Shown one piece after another: positions 37,665-51,479 of a stretch of DNA of 64,000 bases. The DNA lies in assembly GCA_028023455.1 (NCBI GenBank), contig JAQFVV010000007.1, positions 11,284,001-11,348,000 of the forward strand, written 5' to 3'. This DNA comes from Epiperipatus broadwayi (Eukaryota > Animalia > Onychophora). The first letter of the stretch is position 1. Each line of letters opens with the position of its first letter. The translations under genes and the position numbers were made by a program. A model generated the notes under the pieces. The model saw only the letters and a list, made by a program, of their open reading frames with translations. It was not told where the DNA came from and searched no databases.

Positions 37665-40600
37665 ATTCATTAGAATGTTTTTTTAAGATTAGGAATATCA
37701 ACTGTAAATATTGTTTTTATTAATAATTTTGTCTTTCTAATTTTGCATTAACACATATCTTACATCTTACTAATCAGTGATCACTTCCTGTGTTAAATTT
37801 ATTAAAAACATTACAATCCTGAATTATGTATTTTCTGTTAGTCAAAATATAATCCAATTCTGCTGTACCTTCATTTGGATGTTTCCATGTCTATTTCCTT
37901 TTAACATTTTTCTCAAAAAAAAAAAATCATAATATAAAGTTTTTCTTTTCTGCAAACTCCACAAGTCTATGTCATCTCTCATTTCTATTACCATAACCAA
38001 AATTATCTACAGCACTTTTATCTTTCATTTGTTTACCAATTCTAGCATTGAAGTCTCCCATAAAAATTTTAAAATGTTGTTTATCCTGATCAAAATATTT
38101 TTGTACATCATATAAAAATCTTCTACTACTTCATCACTATGAGAACTTGATGGGGCATAAACCTGAATTATATGCATTTGGTATCTGATATTCAGTTGTA
38201 TAACTAATCTTGCCACTGTGTCCAAGATATACCATCAATCTCCACAATGTTGTTCTTCCACTTTTTATTTATAATGAATCCTACTCCACTTGTATTTCCA
38301 ATATTTGTGCTTTTATAATAGAGTACATGTCAACTTTTTAAATCAATTGTCCCTTCATCTTTTCTTCTAACTTCACTAAGTCCAATAATGTTCCATTTAA
38401 TATAAGACAGTTCTTCTAATTCTTGCAATCTTCCTTTACTTGAAAGTGATCTGCAGTTGTAAGTACCTAAATAAAAAATCATCATCAAATGGCAACCTGG
38501 ATCTGCAATCAAGGGATTCTTAACATCCTGTACCTTCATGAACCAACTGCTGCCTTGGTTGGTGACTTTAAAGCCTTCTGGGAATAAGGGCCATGATTTA
38601 TTTTTGTGTCATAATTGTATTTATGTATTGGAAAAATATTTATCATTTACACAACATTCATTCTGCCTTATCAGGCAACTAAGAAGAAAGACCATGGTCT
38701 TTCTTGATCTTAAACTCAGAGGGAAAAAACCAATAAACTCATGACACTGGCTATGCATGTTGGTGAGGAGCCCATCCATGTTTGTATACTATATGAAAAA
38801 TCACATAGTAATAACAGCTGCAACAACAAGAACGTATAGAGTGGACATTAGAAAATTTGACCTGCTCAGTTTTTTTAAGGCCTCCAAGAGGAATCAAAGG
38901 GTCTCCTTTCAGTTAATATCAAACTCCATTCTAATGAATTTAAATTAGAACTTACAAATCAGTTTCAAGTATTAGTAGATTTTGAACATGATTCAGATTT
39001 GAATGAAATTAATATGAAAATAACTGATACACTTTTAAAAACTGCAATGAAGATAGCTGGTAGAAAAAAGTAACAATTGACCGATAAAATTTTTACTGAG
39101 ACTAGAGAATTTATGAAGAAAAGAAGGACTATGAAGATATTCAAAAATGATGCTTTAAAAAGGATTGAATATCTCGAATTTTGTAAAATGGTGCAGAAAA
39201 GAGTTGAAAATGATATAAGAAGGTATAACTGTGAACTAGCAAGGAAAGCTATAGAAGAAAATAAAAGTCTCAAGAATGTAAAATAACATTTGGTATTGGT
39301 AGAAAATTTATATGTGCAATAAGAAAAAAAGATGGAATTATTACTAAAAAGAGAGGTGACATCATGAAATGGGTAGAATACTTTTATCAAGAATTATATT
39401 GTAATAAAGAATAAGTACCTCCTATATCTTCCAAATTGCCCAGAATTTTAAATGAAGAAGTGAGACATGCAATTAAATGAATGAAGAATAGAAAGGCTCC
39501 AGGTAATGATGGAATTACAAATGATATATTGAAAGAAACAGGTGAAGAAATAATTTTTTTTTAGCAAAGTTATATACAAATGTCTAAATGATAAAGATGT
39601 CCCAGATGATTGGAAGAATGCAGTATTAATATCAATATTTAAAAAAGGTGATAAAGAAGATATTAGAAAATATAGACTTATCTGCCTTTATCAGTTTTAT
39701 ACAAATATTTTACTAAGATAATTACAACTCATCTACAGAGAACAATGGATTTCCACCAACCAAGAGAACAAGCTGGATTTAAAAGTGGTTTTACTACAAT
39801 AGATTATATACAGGTATTGAGAGAAGTTATAGAAAGACAAATGAATATGAGTTGCCACTATGCTTTGGGTTTGTAGATTATAAAAAGGTATTTCATTCTA
39901 TAAACATTTCTTCAGTGATTAAAGCATTGGATCATCAAGATATAGATCCAGGATATTGTCATATTTTAAAGAATATTTATAAAAATGCAACAGCAACAAT
40001 TAGATTATATAATGATACTGGGAAAGTCAACATTGAAAAGGGTGTAAGATAGGGTGACTCCATATCTCCAAAACTGTTTACAGCAGTACTGCAAGAAGCA
40101 TTTTGTGGATTAAAATGGGAAGCTAAAGGAGTGAAAGTAAATGGAGATTATTTAAATCATTTAGATTTTGCAGGTGATGTAGTTGTTTTTGCAAATAATG
40201 CTTTAGAGCTGCAGGAAATGTTGCAGTAGTTATCAGATGAAAGTAAGAAAATAGGACTAAAAAAAATTGTTAAAAAGACTAAAGTAATGTTTAATATGTT
40301 TTCTCAATATATGAAAATAAAGATTGATTATGATGAGTTAGAAGAAGTTAACAGCTACAAATACCTTTGTCAGATTATTAATACAGATAGAAACACAATG
40401 GATGAAATTAATCATAGAATTAAACTTGGTTGGAGTGCTTTTGGTAGAAATATCATGATACTAATAGTAAATCTGCCTATGTGTTTGAAAAGGAAGGTTT
40501 TTAACAAATGTGTTTTACCTGTTCTTACTTAGAGATGCATGTTGGGGGTAACAAGAAAGAAGAGATTGATAATGCAATGTAAGGGTAAGAGAACAAACAT

Positions 40601-40870
40601 ATGTTACCTCTTTGAAAAAATTAAAAGATTGAAGTGGAGTTGGTCTGGACATATTGCTAGAAGAGATAATAATAGATGGACAATTGAAATCTTAAACTAA
40701 ATTCCAAGATATTGTAAAAGATTCAGAAAGAAAACACATGTTAGATAGATGGATAAAATAAGAAAGTGTGCAGGGTTGTGTGGAGAAGAGAAGCTAAAGA
40801 TCGGAGAAGATGGACTGAACTTGGAGAGACCTTCATCCTGCAGTGGATTGATAATGGTTGATGATGTTGA
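37665..40870. mobile_element. Near-full-length RTE-clade LINE with 5' inversion (APE on minus 37665-38926, RT on plus 38927-40870)
   Basis: Minus: LGTYNCRSL, IIGLSEVRR, IIQVYAPSSSHSDE, FNTGSDH. Plus: QPREQAGF, GFVDYKK, GVR*GDSISPKLF, LDFAGDVV, YKYL, (GAT) tail. The 13-mer cattctaatgaat is present at both breakpoints. Confidence 0.93.
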
Positions 40871-41689
40871 TCTTTTTAGAAAGTTTCAAATTATTTTAGA
40901 ATTCTAAAATACTGCTCCTCCAAACAGTTATTATTACATTAAGAAGGAAAGTACAACAGCTAGAAAACATAGACAATAAGAAAAAGATAGTTGCTTTTAA
41001 GAAAACATTATCTAAGAAGGTGAGATGAAACTCAGTAAAAAAATTGATATAAGATATATAAGCAATAGCTGAAAAATATTGTTTGGACTTTTGTCACCTT
41101 GATTTGGTATCACCACTAGTTTTGGAAATTATAATGTAAATGTAAATATAACAACAACATCCCAGCTTAAACAACATAGTACAAAGGCAATCATCAACTC
41201 TAACATCATCTGATGTAAGTTTAAGTAATCAGTGATTCCTAAATGCATATTAAATCTTTATCTCTAGCCTTTAAATCCTCAACTTTAAATTATTTTTTGA
41301 TTTCTGCCTATGTAAATGAGACTTGACATTCTATGGCAGAAAGAACACAGACTTGTTCAAACAGAATTACTTGGGTTCAAGAACTTTAGCTTATTTGAAT
41401 TTCAAGGTTTTTAGCATGAAATATAAAAGGGAGTTAAAAATAGTTTGTAGATACATGCCATCAATCTTTAACTTTGAATTCCAAATTTCATTTATAAAAA
41501 TAAAAGCCAGAAAGTAGTCTGAGGATAAAAATCTAAATACTAAAGATAGGAATGTTATATGTATCCGATACTGATTATTTAAGTTTTCCATAAATGAGAT
41601 TATAATTGAGAATTTTTCATGTAGTATCAAATTGTTTACATTAGGGGTTTGGTGATTTATTGTTAAACCAGAAAGCATCACACGATCAC

Positions 41690-41790
41690 ATCTCCAATAT
41701 TAGCACAAAATTATTTATAAACAAAGCAAAGCAAAACTCCATATAGTTCTGTTTAGCACAGGTGGCACTACTATATGGAATTTTGCTTTG
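41690..41790. repeat. Short hairpin remnant of the family B 3' end
   Basis: tagcacaaaattatttataaacaaagcaaa..ctccatatag (minus copy) abuts gcacaggtggcactactatatggaattttgctttg (plus copy). Confidence 0.7.
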
Positions 41791-42333
41791 ATTTATTGTT
41801 ATTATTTAGTTAAGAATGATTTGTAAATGCAAAGAGCATACAATCATAGGTGATAGTGACTTTTTTATGTAGTTTTATCTATATGTTAAAAATAATATAG
41901 AGACTTAAAAAAGTTGTTTGGCTTTATTGCTGAGGAGTTAATGAGAAGTTTGAGTGTCAGATCTATTGAGTGCTCAAATCAATCCTGGTACTTTCTGATA
42001 CACTTTACTAACTATGGCAAACCACACAGGACCTATAGACTTAGATTTATCTTAATATTCATTGCATGAGTGGGTGACATTTTTTGTGATAATGGAGATT
42101 TTAAATGAATGGATTGATTCTACTGGCAAATCATTCCAATAATAACATGAATACATCCATATCAAATTATATATCTTTGAGCAGAGATGATCGATGTTGA
42201 TTTAAAATAATTCTTCCCATTCTTCATGATACAGATTTTTAAAAAAAATAATACCGAGATAAAATAAAATAAATAATTAAATGATATTATTGCTCAAGAA
42301 TTCATAAGAAGATCAAGATCTGAATGGAACAGA

Positions 42334-42392
42334 ATTCAAGACTTCTCACTGATGAAAGCCATAAGCTAGAAATTAGTCTGAGAATATTGAAT
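42334..42392 (+). ncRNA. Diverged family B hammerhead with compensatory stem I changes
   Basis: attcaa-gac-ttctca-CTGATGA(42349-42355)-a-agc/cataa/gct-a-GAAAT-TA-GTC^tgagaa-ta-ttgaat; both stem I helices are perfectly paired. Confidence 0.8.
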
Positions 42393-44179
42393 GAGGAAGC
42401 ATTGGATAGAGATTAAAATGTTTGGTTCTAAACTCACAAGAGCTTGATTTATACTGGGTGGAAGTATTTTGAGGACATTTTTTTTACAGAATGGAGTCAA
42501 TTTGAGAATGTTATACTTCATAATCTCATACTCGAACACTGTTCTTAACCACACAGTGCAAATATAGAGAAAATATACTAGTTTCAAAATTATTACATAA
42601 CTATTTTTAAATAATTGAATCTATAAAATTATGTCATCTAATCTCAAAGTTTTGCTTAAATTATATCAATTTATAACAACTAACAAGATTAGAACCTACA
42701 AATAATTATCATGGAGTACTATTTATGTCCATTCCAATAAAGGCATTTCAAGGATTTTTTGAAGAGGTAGCTTCTAGTCATAGATTAATCATCATCAGAG
42801 ATGCAGTACCACTTTTAAAGAAATAAGGAAACACAGGACAGGTAGATTTTGTTGACAGGATCAGAGGTGCTATCTATAAATTGGTTTTCTTAATTTCATC
42901 AAAATATTTAATTCAGTTAAACAAGAAGTCTGGCAATATCTGAAAATACACAATTACTCATGAAAGTTTATTTATATTATGAAACTACTACAAAGGATAT
43001 GAAAATAAGTTACCAATAATAGTATTTTTGATAATGAAAAATCAGGCGTTTGAAAATAAAATTAGCATTAAAGCAGAAATCTATATTAGCTCCAATTTTG
43101 CTCTGCATTTTTATGGTGATGGCATTTGGAAAAAGTTTATGGGCAGGTTTATGAAACATGCATTGAAGATTCAACATAAGTTTTATGTTTTTCATTTTCA
43201 AAAACGCAAACAGACTAATAATCTAATCATTTTTCACATGCACATATAAATATAAACCTGATTTTTTTAATTTTTATAAATGTAATCTCATAATTGTAAA
43301 CAGCCAGACGCTTATCTAAAGCATGAAACTTTAATCACTTGTCCATACAACTTTCCTGATAACAGATTGAAGATTCATGGTTTATAAATGATATGTTTAT
43401 TGTCATGTGATTATATATATATGGCTACTGAATGCATTTGATTTGCAAAATCTTAAAAATAACTTAATTAACATAAAAAAAAAAGCGAGTGAAAAAGAGA
43501 TTATATGAAGAGCTTGTAATCTTGTCATTATTATGACTGCGTTTTATGTTCCTGATTTTAAAAAAAAGTTTTATGAACTGACAAAACAAACATTAAATGC
43601 TATCAGATAGCAGGTCCATAGAAAACTCACTGGAAATTGAAGGAATATCTAGTTATCTTTAAAGAAAATATAAAACATGTACCTCTCCCTAACTACAAGT
43701 CAACTAATCTGTTGTGTAAATTCTTCTATTATCTGTCTATGGCGCTTTGCCAAAGAGTTTTTCCCCTCACAATAAGCAATTTAAGTATTTTTCCTATTGA
43801 TTTGCAAACCAACTTATAACTTTTTAAAATGATTGTAAATAGCCTAGATCAACCAAGAAGACATTAATAACACGATTGATGTTGAATGCAGAATGTTTGG
43901 GATTAAGAATATTTGTTTTGGTTTTACTTTATAACGAGATTACCCATTTTCTGACCAATAATTGGATAATTATCTAGGTTGCTTTTTGGTTCTTCTACCT
44001 TTAAAATTTCTAAACGTGTATAGAAATTCTCAATTAGCAGAAACAATTTTCAAATCTTACATAGAATTACGAATAACAATTTAGAGACATGGTAGATTAA
44101 TGCACTAATCATAAATCTTAAAGTATTTTTCATATAGAGAAGGAAATAAAACTTCAGTCATGTGCTGTTTGAGTGCTGT

Positions 44180-44660
44180 ATAAATAGACTATTTATTAAA
44201 TTAGCCTATTTATTTAGTGTACTGAATATTTCTTACATAAGTAAATAGAGGAATTTGAACTTAGGATTTGTCAGTCTAAATAAGGGGTTAGATTGATGTA
44301 ATGTGTACATGGGTATAATTACAATATGAAATCCACCAAGGTCTTTGAACGTTCCATTGTTGTTGTTGTTGTTTTTTTGATGAAAAAAAAACAGTTGAAT
44401 AGTTGGAAGGGTGAGAAGATCGAAGCCAAAAACTATCTTAATATAAGCGGATCACTGACTATGTATGTGTGTGGAACATTATGATCTGGTCCAACAGATG
44501 AGTACTGGTTCTGCATGAAATACGTGTATTGGAAATCATCTATCCTTCGCATGTATGTGGTCATAAGTGTCGGTTGTTTGAGATAAAGTGGAGAATGAAT
44601 ATAGACGGGAAAATCCTAAGTTCAAATCCCTCTATTTACTATTTATTAAAGTATTCTTAT
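44180..44660. mobile_element. Family E element, head-to-head pair; hammerhead-like core plus B-box-like motif
   Basis: ccaa-CAGATGA(44495-44501)-...-gcat-GAAA-TACGTG-TA^ttgg; downstream cctaaGTTCAAATCCctctattt at about 44610, whose inverted copy lies at about 44240-44265. Confidence 0.65.
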
Positions 44661-46674
44661 ATGTTTATATATGTAAGAATTAGTTTTGTTCTATTGCTTA
44701 CTCAAGTTTACAGTAGATGGGTCTTAAGTAGAATGAGAATAATTTCTTTTAGAAATACATCTTTTTTGTAGTTTGCGTTTCGCTGTTGCAAATGCAGTTA
44801 AACTTATTTTCATTTTCAAACTATAGGACTCTAGATTCGGATTCCGTAAAAATATAATTAAATCGGATCTTAATTAATGAATGTTCGCAGAAAAAAATTA
44901 AAAAAATAAATGTCAGTGTACTTATTTTCCGTTGATTGTAACGGTGATAAATAATTTATAGATGCCATATACAATTATTTAGTTTTTTTTTGTTCTTTAA
45001 ACAAACAAAGAAACATATGTATTTATTATAAGTATGTGTCTTCATATATCTTAGTTATCTATGGGAAGAATGAGATAAATTTTTTCATGTAGAAAAAAAG
45101 AAAACTTGGTATTTACATTAAGTATATAAAAGAATCTATATTTACATAAAATGTATAAAAGAATTGCTTTGGCTTTATGGTAAAGTTATATATTTACCTA
45201 AAGAATGATAGATGCGCAATTCAATATCTTTTCCTTTTTTTTTAAATGATTGCAGTTTTCCAATATAAAATGTGAAGTATTTTATTTCTTTCAGTAGCTA
45301 CTACTGTTTTAGATCTTGAGTTGATCATTTTGGTCTCAGCTACTGTTAAAAATTCGAATCATTGCTTCTAATTTTCCATTAATATCATGCACTAAAAAAA
45401 TATCAAGAGATTTATTAAATGCATGGTTAAATAGACCCAAACCTTTGAGATAGTAACATTTTTGCACTGACAACTGATAATGCTTTTTTTTATATATCGA
45501 TCAGCTTCGGCTGTCCACCCGTATACAACTGGCGTCATTTATGTATGACCTAGTTATAAATCGATGTAGGCCATTTTGTTAGGGCTTATTCTGTGTGTGC
45601 GTATTTTTTTTGAAAATAACCGTAACTAATGTTAAGGCAAGATGCTAGTCTGTGGTTATGAGAGATCTCTTGATGTGCCGCCAACTTTTTATATTGGAAA
45701 TGTAGAAAAAAATCAATGGCCCAGGGCTTGTACATAAAGTTTATGACCTTTTACATTCAGTTCGATTAATATTAAGATCAATACTATTGGTTATGATGGC
45801 AGTCGCAAGAAACATTCATGAAAATAAAAAGCACATTCTTATTAAAAAGATGGGCATAGGAAGTGTTAATTTGTTGATAGTACATAATAATTAGACATTA
45901 GAATTCTTTTCTTTCTTACTTTATATGTGTACGTGAATATATATATATCTATGTTTATTGCTATCATCATTATCTTCAGGGCTAAAATCTTGCTATGCCC
46001 AAAAGAATAAAAAATAGAAGGACACATTTCCTATGCAAGATTAGTGTAAAAATGGCTAGACTGTAAATTGTAAAAAAGGGTGGAAAATAAAGCATTGTAT
46101 AAGTAGTAAAGTGCTTGGACAATTGAATATTATATGGGAATAATGTTATAACTGTAATATTGTTGAACCAACAAGTCCCGTTAATTATTGTATAAAACTA
46201 TGGGTGGTCTGCCTATGGTCAGATGCTATTTTTTAAATAAATCAACAATTATTGACCATGTTTAAATTAGGGTTTGAATTTATTATAAGCTTGATTCTTA
46301 AGAGCATATTACTTTCTCACATTTTATTTATATATCACAGGAAAGAGAAAGTTTCTCATTTTTATGTACCTGCTATACTAAATTTTATTAGTTTGTATAG
46401 ATATGGTAGTAATAATATAGCGATTTATCTTCACATAATTTTTGATATGTCTAAATTAGGGTTTGAACTTATTACAAGTCTGATTTTCAAATTGGTATAT
46501 TAATGATATTATAACTGATTATGTATATAAGAAGCTATCTTTTTTAAAAGTAAAATTCTCTTTACACATATAAATGCATATATATATATTTCAGCACTAA
46601 CAACCATTCCCAAAGAAATATGGACATTTCAACTACTAAAAATAAAAAAAAGTAAAATAAAAAGATAAAACAAT

Positions 46675-46800
46675 GTAATAATAATAATAATAATAATAAT
46701 TATTATTATTATTATTATTATTGTTGTTGTTGCTGCTGCTGTTATTATTATTGTTGTTGTTGTTGCTGTTGTTGTTATTATTATTGTTATTGTTATTATT
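46675..46800. repeat. Compound trinucleotide repeat (AAT)n(ATT)n(GTT)n(GCT)n
   Basis: Direct reading. Confidence 0.95.
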
Positions 46801-47560
46801 ATGCTAATGGCTTTGCTAAATGGCGTGAAATAAATCCAACTAAATGTAATATGGTATCTTATTCCAAAAAAAACATGACTAATATCACTTATTATGATAT
46901 TAATGGTAGTAGAATACCTAGGAATAATATACAGAAAGATTTGGGTATTATCTTTACTAATAATTTCTCTTTTATATTCACATACAGATAGTAATAAATA
47001 AATCCCATAAAATTATGGGTTTGATATTGAGATTAAATATTAGACTTAAATTAGAAATCTACAAACTACTTCTTAATACACTGATAATACCAGTCCTCCA
47101 CTATGGATCTGTGATATGGAATAATTACAATTATTAAACAATAAACAAAATTCAAGATAAGTATTATAGATACATTCATGATGATACATATTTAAATAAA
47201 GCATATAGTATGTACAATAGATGATTAATAGTAGATATGATGTTTTTGCTTAAATTAATAAATGATAAAATATCATCAGAATATATGACAAATAAGATTT
47301 ATCTCAGAATTCCAACTTTTAAATCTAGAAATAAAGATTTATTTTATTTACAAACATTAAAAAGAATAACTTATTTCCCCATTTATATGTTATAGATGGA
47401 ATATAACAATAACTTTAAGGAGGTGGATATTGTCCATTTAAATGAAAGACAATTTAAGAATAAAATTAAAGACATATTATACAAGGGACACATAAAGATA
47501 AATATATATTATTGTAAATACTTGTGAATACTAAGCTGTTATTTACAAATAAATTAAATT
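46800..47560 (+). mobile_element. 3' fragment of a CR1/L2/Jockey-group LINE
   Basis: INPTKC, QKDLGIIF..NFSF, LHYGSVIWN motifs of the RT thumb and C-terminus; ends in aaataaattaaattg. Confidence 0.75.
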
Positions 47561-47579
47561 GAATTATTATCATCATCAT

Positions 47580-49370
47580 CCTGACTTGAGGAAAATTCCA
47601 TTAATAATTGCTTTTCTGATTCTGGATCTTTTTCTCATAAAAAATTTAAATCACTGAATACTTCTTTTATGAAAAAAAAGATATAATGGAGGTTTCCCTA
47701 TTACTGTACCTCCTTTAAAGTCTATGAAATCAAAAATACTCAATTATCCAGCAGTTGTTCCCAAATTCATTTCAGCTCATAAATCACAGAATACTTCTAT
47801 TATGAAGTAAAGATATAATGGAAGTTTTCCTGTTAATTTATCTCCTTTAAAATCTATTAAACATAAAATCCACAATTATCCAGATATTGCTCCCAAGTAC
47901 ATTCCAGATTATAGATCACATTCACATGACATTCATTCACATAGTAACTATGGAATATATAATTTTGGATACTCCCCTTTATCTTCTAGTAAGAATGACT
48001 GTTCAATAACTAAAAAAATAAATATATCTGATGGATTGAATAAATCTAATTTTGCTGCATTCTTTGCTGATGTTTATTCTAATATCATCATAACTTACAA
48101 TAGATATTTTTTTTCTAATATGCCAGTAAATCTCAATTCAAATGATATCAAATTATTTCTTGAAAATAATTTACAAACTAATATTGTTTGTCATAAAGTT
48201 AATATGAATAATTCTAAGTCTTCTTGCTTTTATATTTCTATTTTTTCACATAAACATATTGAAATAATATTCCTAATTCATGGCCTTGTGGTGCTTCTAT
48301 TTTTTTTTATGGATCTCTCACCAATCCCCTATGTTTTAAGATTTTGATTGAATTTATTTTATTTTATTATTTTATTTCATTTTTATTTTCATCTCTTTCT
48401 TTTTTTCTCTCTATTCTTATTTGTGTTGTTTTCATTATCTTTGTGGGTAACATGGTAAGTCTTTCTTGTTTTTACACAAATCTCAGAGGTATGCAAACTA
48501 AATGTATTCAAATTAAACAATTTTTTGAAACAGAACATTTTGACCTTATATTACTTACAGACACTTAGTTAAATGAATAATTTCCTGCTTGTTCTTTTTT
48601 TTAATAATAGATTTAGTGTTTTGCAAACTGACAGATCTATGGAAAATAATTCTCAAGGTGGTGGTACTCTTATTACTCTTCATAAAGATATTTTTTATAA
48701 AGATTTTTATTTTACTTCTTCTTTTTGTGAATCTAAATGGTGTGAAATTACTTTAAATCACAATTTAAAATTTATTTTAGGTAATGTTTACCTCAAACCC
48801 ACTTTGTCACTGTTGGAGTTTGATTATTTTTTGACATAACTTGAAGACTTTCTGATTGGCTATGATAATGTTATTATTACCAGTGATTGAAATATTCCAG
48901 ATTTATATCAGGGTAGAATTACTACACACTTTTCTTTTTTGTCTCCTAAAGCTTTGCAGATGTTATTGTTTTGTAGATTTTTGGGACTTAAGCAATATAA
49001 CCCAGTTGTTAATGCCTCTCATTGTACTTTAGATTATATTTTATGCAATTCAACAGTAGTTACTAATTTTCATTTTATCTCTGTTAATTTTCTTATTGAT
49101 ACTCATCATCCACCTATTGAGGTTTGTATTAACATTTGTCACTCAAAAGGTAATTGTTCTAATATTTTGAGAAAGGATTATGGGAAAAGTATTTATGTTG
49201 AGTTTTGTAAAAAACTTTTCTACGGTTAATTGGAATTTATTATATTCTTATAATGATATAAATCATTACTTAGATGGTTTTTTAAAGATCTGTATATTCC
49301 CAATAAATTGCCTTTACATAAGGGCTTTCCTTTTTGGTTCTCATACAATCTTATTCAGTTTGTTAAAAGG
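47580..49370 (+). mobile_element. 5' part of a CR1/L2-group LINE (ORF1 end + APE endonuclease)
   Basis: ORF1-like FFSNMPVNLNSNDIKLFLENNL..CHKV..SSCFYISI; APE FYTNLRG, LILLTDT, DR..GGGTLI, LGNVYLKP, LDYILCN, DTHHPPIE. Confidence 0.8.
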
Positions 49371-49905
49371 GTAATTAGTTTTCTATTAGACTTAACCTAA
49401 CAAGTAGAAAAATTATAATATATTCATTTCTTTAAAGGTGACCATTGGATATATTTTTTAAGCATTATTATTCCATGGCAAAGTGAAGGTTACTTCAAAT
49501 TTGACCCAGTTATTCTATTTCTGTTAATCCAAATTCCAAACACTTATTCTATTTCATAGCTCTTTTATATATCTCTCTAAAAACTTTCCTTATCTTATTC
49601 ATCCATGTATTATGCAATGATTGTTTAATCTTTCACAAGTTGTTAAAATGGACAGAAACTTGTTTCCCCCTTGTGTGAGAGTAGTGTGCTAAATGGTATC
49701 AATCTGTCAGCATATGCAAACAGTTAAAATATGTATGGTGATTCAGATGTTTAATATCTCTAGCCTCATATGAAGAGCAAAAATTGTTTAGGAAGTGCTT
49801 GTATAGTAAGAGAGAGTATTCTGAGTTTTTTTGCTGATACATAATTGAAATATGGTTGAGTTGTGATGAGAGAGGGACTGATAAACATGACAAAAGTATA
49901 TATTT

Positions 49906-50021
<116 letters not shown>

Positions 50022-50024
50022 TTT

Positions 50025-50060
50025 CTGATGAAAACCAGTCTTCTGGTTGAAATATAATAT
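50025..50060 (+). ncRNA. Truncated hammerhead core abutting the (TA)n tract
   Basis: CTGATGA-a-aaccag/tctt/ctggtt-GAAA with a perfect 6-bp stem II; no stem I partner upstream. Confidence 0.5.
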
Positions 50061-50099
50061 TATTTATTGGATTTATAAGTCTTTTTTGTTTTTATATAT

Positions 50100-50480
50100 A
50101 TAAAGTAATTAATATATAATATTTAAATACATGTATATTTTCTATACTAAACTTAATGTAATTATAAGGGATTTGAACTTAGACTTTCAAACTCCCTATA
50201 GCAATTTAATTTTCTATACTAAACATAATGTAATTATAAGAGACTTGAATTCAGACTTTCAACCTTCCTACAGCTATTTAATCCATCTTATACAACTTAT
50301 ACATATGACCATGTACATGTGAATGATCTCCAATAATCATATTTTGTGCTGAAACAACACTCATCAGTTGGTTCAAACACATATATATTGGAGAACATTT
50401 ATCTTTTCCACATGTATGTGATCATGTGTATAAAATGGATTGGACAGCTGTAGGGAGTTTGAAAATCTGAGTCACATAGA
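50100..50480. mobile_element. Family E element, inverted pair with an about 80-bp internal tandem duplication
   Basis: Minus: ccaa-CTGATGA(50361-50367)-gtgtt/gtttc/agcac-aAAA. 50230-50340 is inverted relative to 50385-50470; ttttctatactaaac.taatgtaattataag.ga.ttgaa occurs twice. Confidence 0.7.
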
Positions 50481-51479
50481 GCTTATTGGCTATCATATAT
50501 AAATCACATCAGCCATCTAATGCTTAAAATTAATCAATAAAACGATCTGTTATTACGGCAACAATCAGATAATAATAGAAGGAAATTTCAATTGGTCATC
50601 TAATTCTATTAATTAATTTTAAACATTGGCTGTGGTGATGTGATTTACATATTTATTGAATGTGTATAATTAGAAAGTACTAAAAGAAGTTTCAACATAA
50701 GAAACAATAAATCACACACCCCTTCCATATATATATATATATGAAAAACAAAACAAGTTTTATATACGTAAAAACCTGCTATCGCTTGTATTAATGATCA
50801 ATAGATGGAGCTTTACCAAGACCTCCAAACAAGCGTATTTGTTTACATAAACGTCAGAGTCAATATATATATACTGTAATCAATCACAGTAAAAATTTTA
50901 GAGTATAAAGATTATAGATCTCTAATTTATGATAAAGAATAAATTAGATCCATCATAATTTTAAGTAACAGTCTGCAGTTAAAGGATTAATTAAAACATA
51001 AACTATTTATTATAATGACCTAAGTTAGTTAAGATCATTTTTGCCCTGATAGATGTCTAATAGTCAATTCAGATATTCATACAATTATTGGTCAGTAAAT
51101 AGATGATTAGCAGTTTTAGATATTGGACAAAATAGTGATGGAAAATCATAAAAGCTTTCATAATCTGGCAGTTAACAGGAATAGTTTGTAATGTCTTCTT
51201 TTTCAATGCTTTTCTGAAAATTTTTTTTTGTACAATGAGCAATAATATTGAATTGGTTTTTTCATCTATGTATATAACAAACACATCATTATTAACAATT
51301 ACATATGTAACCTTTGGGCTTGAATAATCAACCAAATGCTGCTATGTATTGCAGCATATCACTTTACTAAATTGCTCATTATTGGGCAACCAGTCATATA
51401 TTTAATAAAATGTTCATTATATATTAATTATTGTAATAGTAATACTGAATTACAAAGACAATATATTTTATAAATATCT

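Noticed and set aside
43028-43249. 73-aa ORF containing YGDGIWKKFMGRF
   Set aside because: No splice context or recognisable homology.
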